Shown in pieces: positions 62,167-64,000 of a stretch of 64,000 nucleotides of DNA. This stretch comes from Felis catus (taxonomy: Eukaryota), in the NCBI RefSeq assembly GCF_018350175.1, contig NC_058368.1, positions 76,820,001 through 76,884,000 of the forward strand, given 5' to 3'. The position numbers and the translations under genes are program-made. Under the pieces are notes generated by a model. The model saw nothing but the letters and a program-made list of their open reading frames with translations, ran no database searches and had not been told where the DNA came from. Positions within the stretch are counted from its first letter, which is position 1. Each line of letters starts with the position of its first letter.

Positions 62167-64000
62167 CTAAAAGCATTAAAAAGAAAAAAAAAAAAAAAGC
62201 CACTGAGTTGATAACCATGAACAGTATTCACAATAATTACAATACAGCCACGCAAGGCCAGTAATTCCAAAGCATACTTTTATAAATCCACATTTGTATT
62301 CATCCAAAGTATCTTAGTTCAGATCATCATGGGGCGAATGTATTTAGGAACCAAGCTTTAAAGAAAAACAGTCAAAAAGAAACCACTCTCCTTACTCCCG
62401 AGTAGGATCAGTCAACCTCCTGACACTTCTTTTTACCACCTCCTCGCTTGTAATATTTCAGGACTCCTTTGTATAACTTCACAATAACTTTTCCTGGGTG
62501 GTGAGTCACACCTTCACACCTGTTTGTTATTTTTTAAACCATCGGCAGCTTTAGTTTATTGGGCATGCCACAGAAAGATGGCAGGGATTCCAGGGAACAG
62601 TGGGTGCACTCACACTCTGTTGTCCTGTTAGTTTCCATTTGCTGTTGATGTTAATTAACAGACAAGTTTCATCAAGAATGTTTCAAATTACTTATCATAA
62701 TTAGTGAGCCACTGATCAAACAATGGGGTTTTTATTACACCGAACAAAAGAACTGTCTTACAAACCCATAAAAGATAACCAGAAGTAATTCCCTCGAGTA
62801 TTGATTCAGCTGCAAGATGAAGAGTCCCCAAATTACAAGGACAGCCACTACGGTCCCTGCTTCACAGACCTTTTTTTCTGCCTTGAGATGTATTTGCTCC
62901 AATTAATTCTTAGAAGCAAATCTTCAGAACTAAGATGACTGAGACAATATCCCCCTGGTGCTTACAGCTGAAAGCTTACAGCTTCTCTCCTCTTTTCTCC
63001 CTCTTGCTTGCCATGCTGCTGAAAGATCTTTCTTAATGGGGAGTTTCTCTGAGAAGCGGACACAAGAGCTTTCTAACGAACATCCACCTACAAGTGCTAA
63101 CACTAACAACACACTTAGAAACCCCATCTCGTCCCTCCCTCCAAGCAGCCAAGCCTGTAGGCTCATTAAAATACTCAAGCCCAAGAACAAAGCATCACGT
63201 CTGAATCCTTCCAATCCAACCCTTTATTTAACCAGGGAAGCCCACCAGCCATGACAATGAACGGGTCATAATTCACAGAAAGAGAGAGAGAGAGAGAGCG
63301 AGCGCACGCATACCTGGATGATGAGGCACCCCAATTCCAAATACACAGTGAGGATACAGGTTATGATTTATGCTAATGAATGGTATTAATTTTTCTGAAA
63401 AGCACATGAGGTTGTTATGAATCATCAAAGAACATAAGAAATTGTGGTATAGATTTATATTAAAAACCAATACTCTTTATGGCAGGAAAAACGCACGCTG
63501 CACACGGTTTATCACCTTCCTCAGGAATGTGTTACTTACAATCCCTAAGAGAGTGTGTGTGGTTCCTCCTCCCTTTCTTTCCCCCAGACTCCTTTAGCAA
63601 GGACATGGCATTCATAGAAAGAGAGAAAGAAAGAGAATCTAACAAAATCTTTCTCAAAATGAGTATTTTTTAGAACAATGACAAACTTCAAACAACCATG
63701 TGTGCACCTTGAAGAATTTCTACAACTTCTGACAAATGAGGGTCACCACTAGTCAAGAGCCTCTCTGTGACTTTTTTGGCCATTTGTATGGTTTTCTGGG
63801 GAGATGCTTTGAAAATTCAAGTCCCAGGCTATTGCCCCCGCCTCCTAAGTGCCAGTGTGCTCTCTTCTCGGCAATTCTGTCTTTCTTGTGGGTAAAACAC
63901 AACTCTGGGTTCTGGGGGGCGGACTGAAGGGCTGAACCAGAATTTACTCCTGCCTCTCACAGCGATTCTCGTGTATTCTTGTGGTCACGCAGTGGGGGCA

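Noticed and set aside
61845..62270. 141-aa ORF as a stand-alone gene
   Set aside because: It is EFNB2 exon 2 plus in-frame intron sequence on both sides.
1..64000. CRISPR array, operon or prokaryote-type defence system
   Set aside because: The sequence is mammalian; no repeat-spacer arrays or compact gene clusters are present.

Overview
Mammalian (felid-type, judged from about 26 SINEC_Fc-like carnivore tRNA-derived SINEs) genomic DNA. The right-hand 25 kb holds the 3' part of EFNB2 (ephrin-B2) on the minus strand: coding exons 2-5 (61883-62166, 45021-45113, 44160-44273, 42430-42818, all with canonical AG/GT ends, joining into one open frame that ends ...ANIYYKV-stop) and a ~3.3 kb 3' UTR ending near an AATAAA at 39158-39163. 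Exon 1 lies beyond the right edge. The left ~39 kb is intergenic and repeat-rich (SINEC, ERV1-like LTR, MLT1, MLT2, L1, L2, MIR). All other ORFs in the track look spurious. I found no convincing previously undescribed biological system. The best leads are modest: an RBPJ-ETS-RBPJ motif in intron 4, possible intronic-polyadenylation routes to soluble ephrin-B2, a near-abutting inverted SINE pair in intron 2, a run of 14 co-oriented SINEs, and a nested young SINE. Repeat family names are from recalled consensus features, not from a database search.
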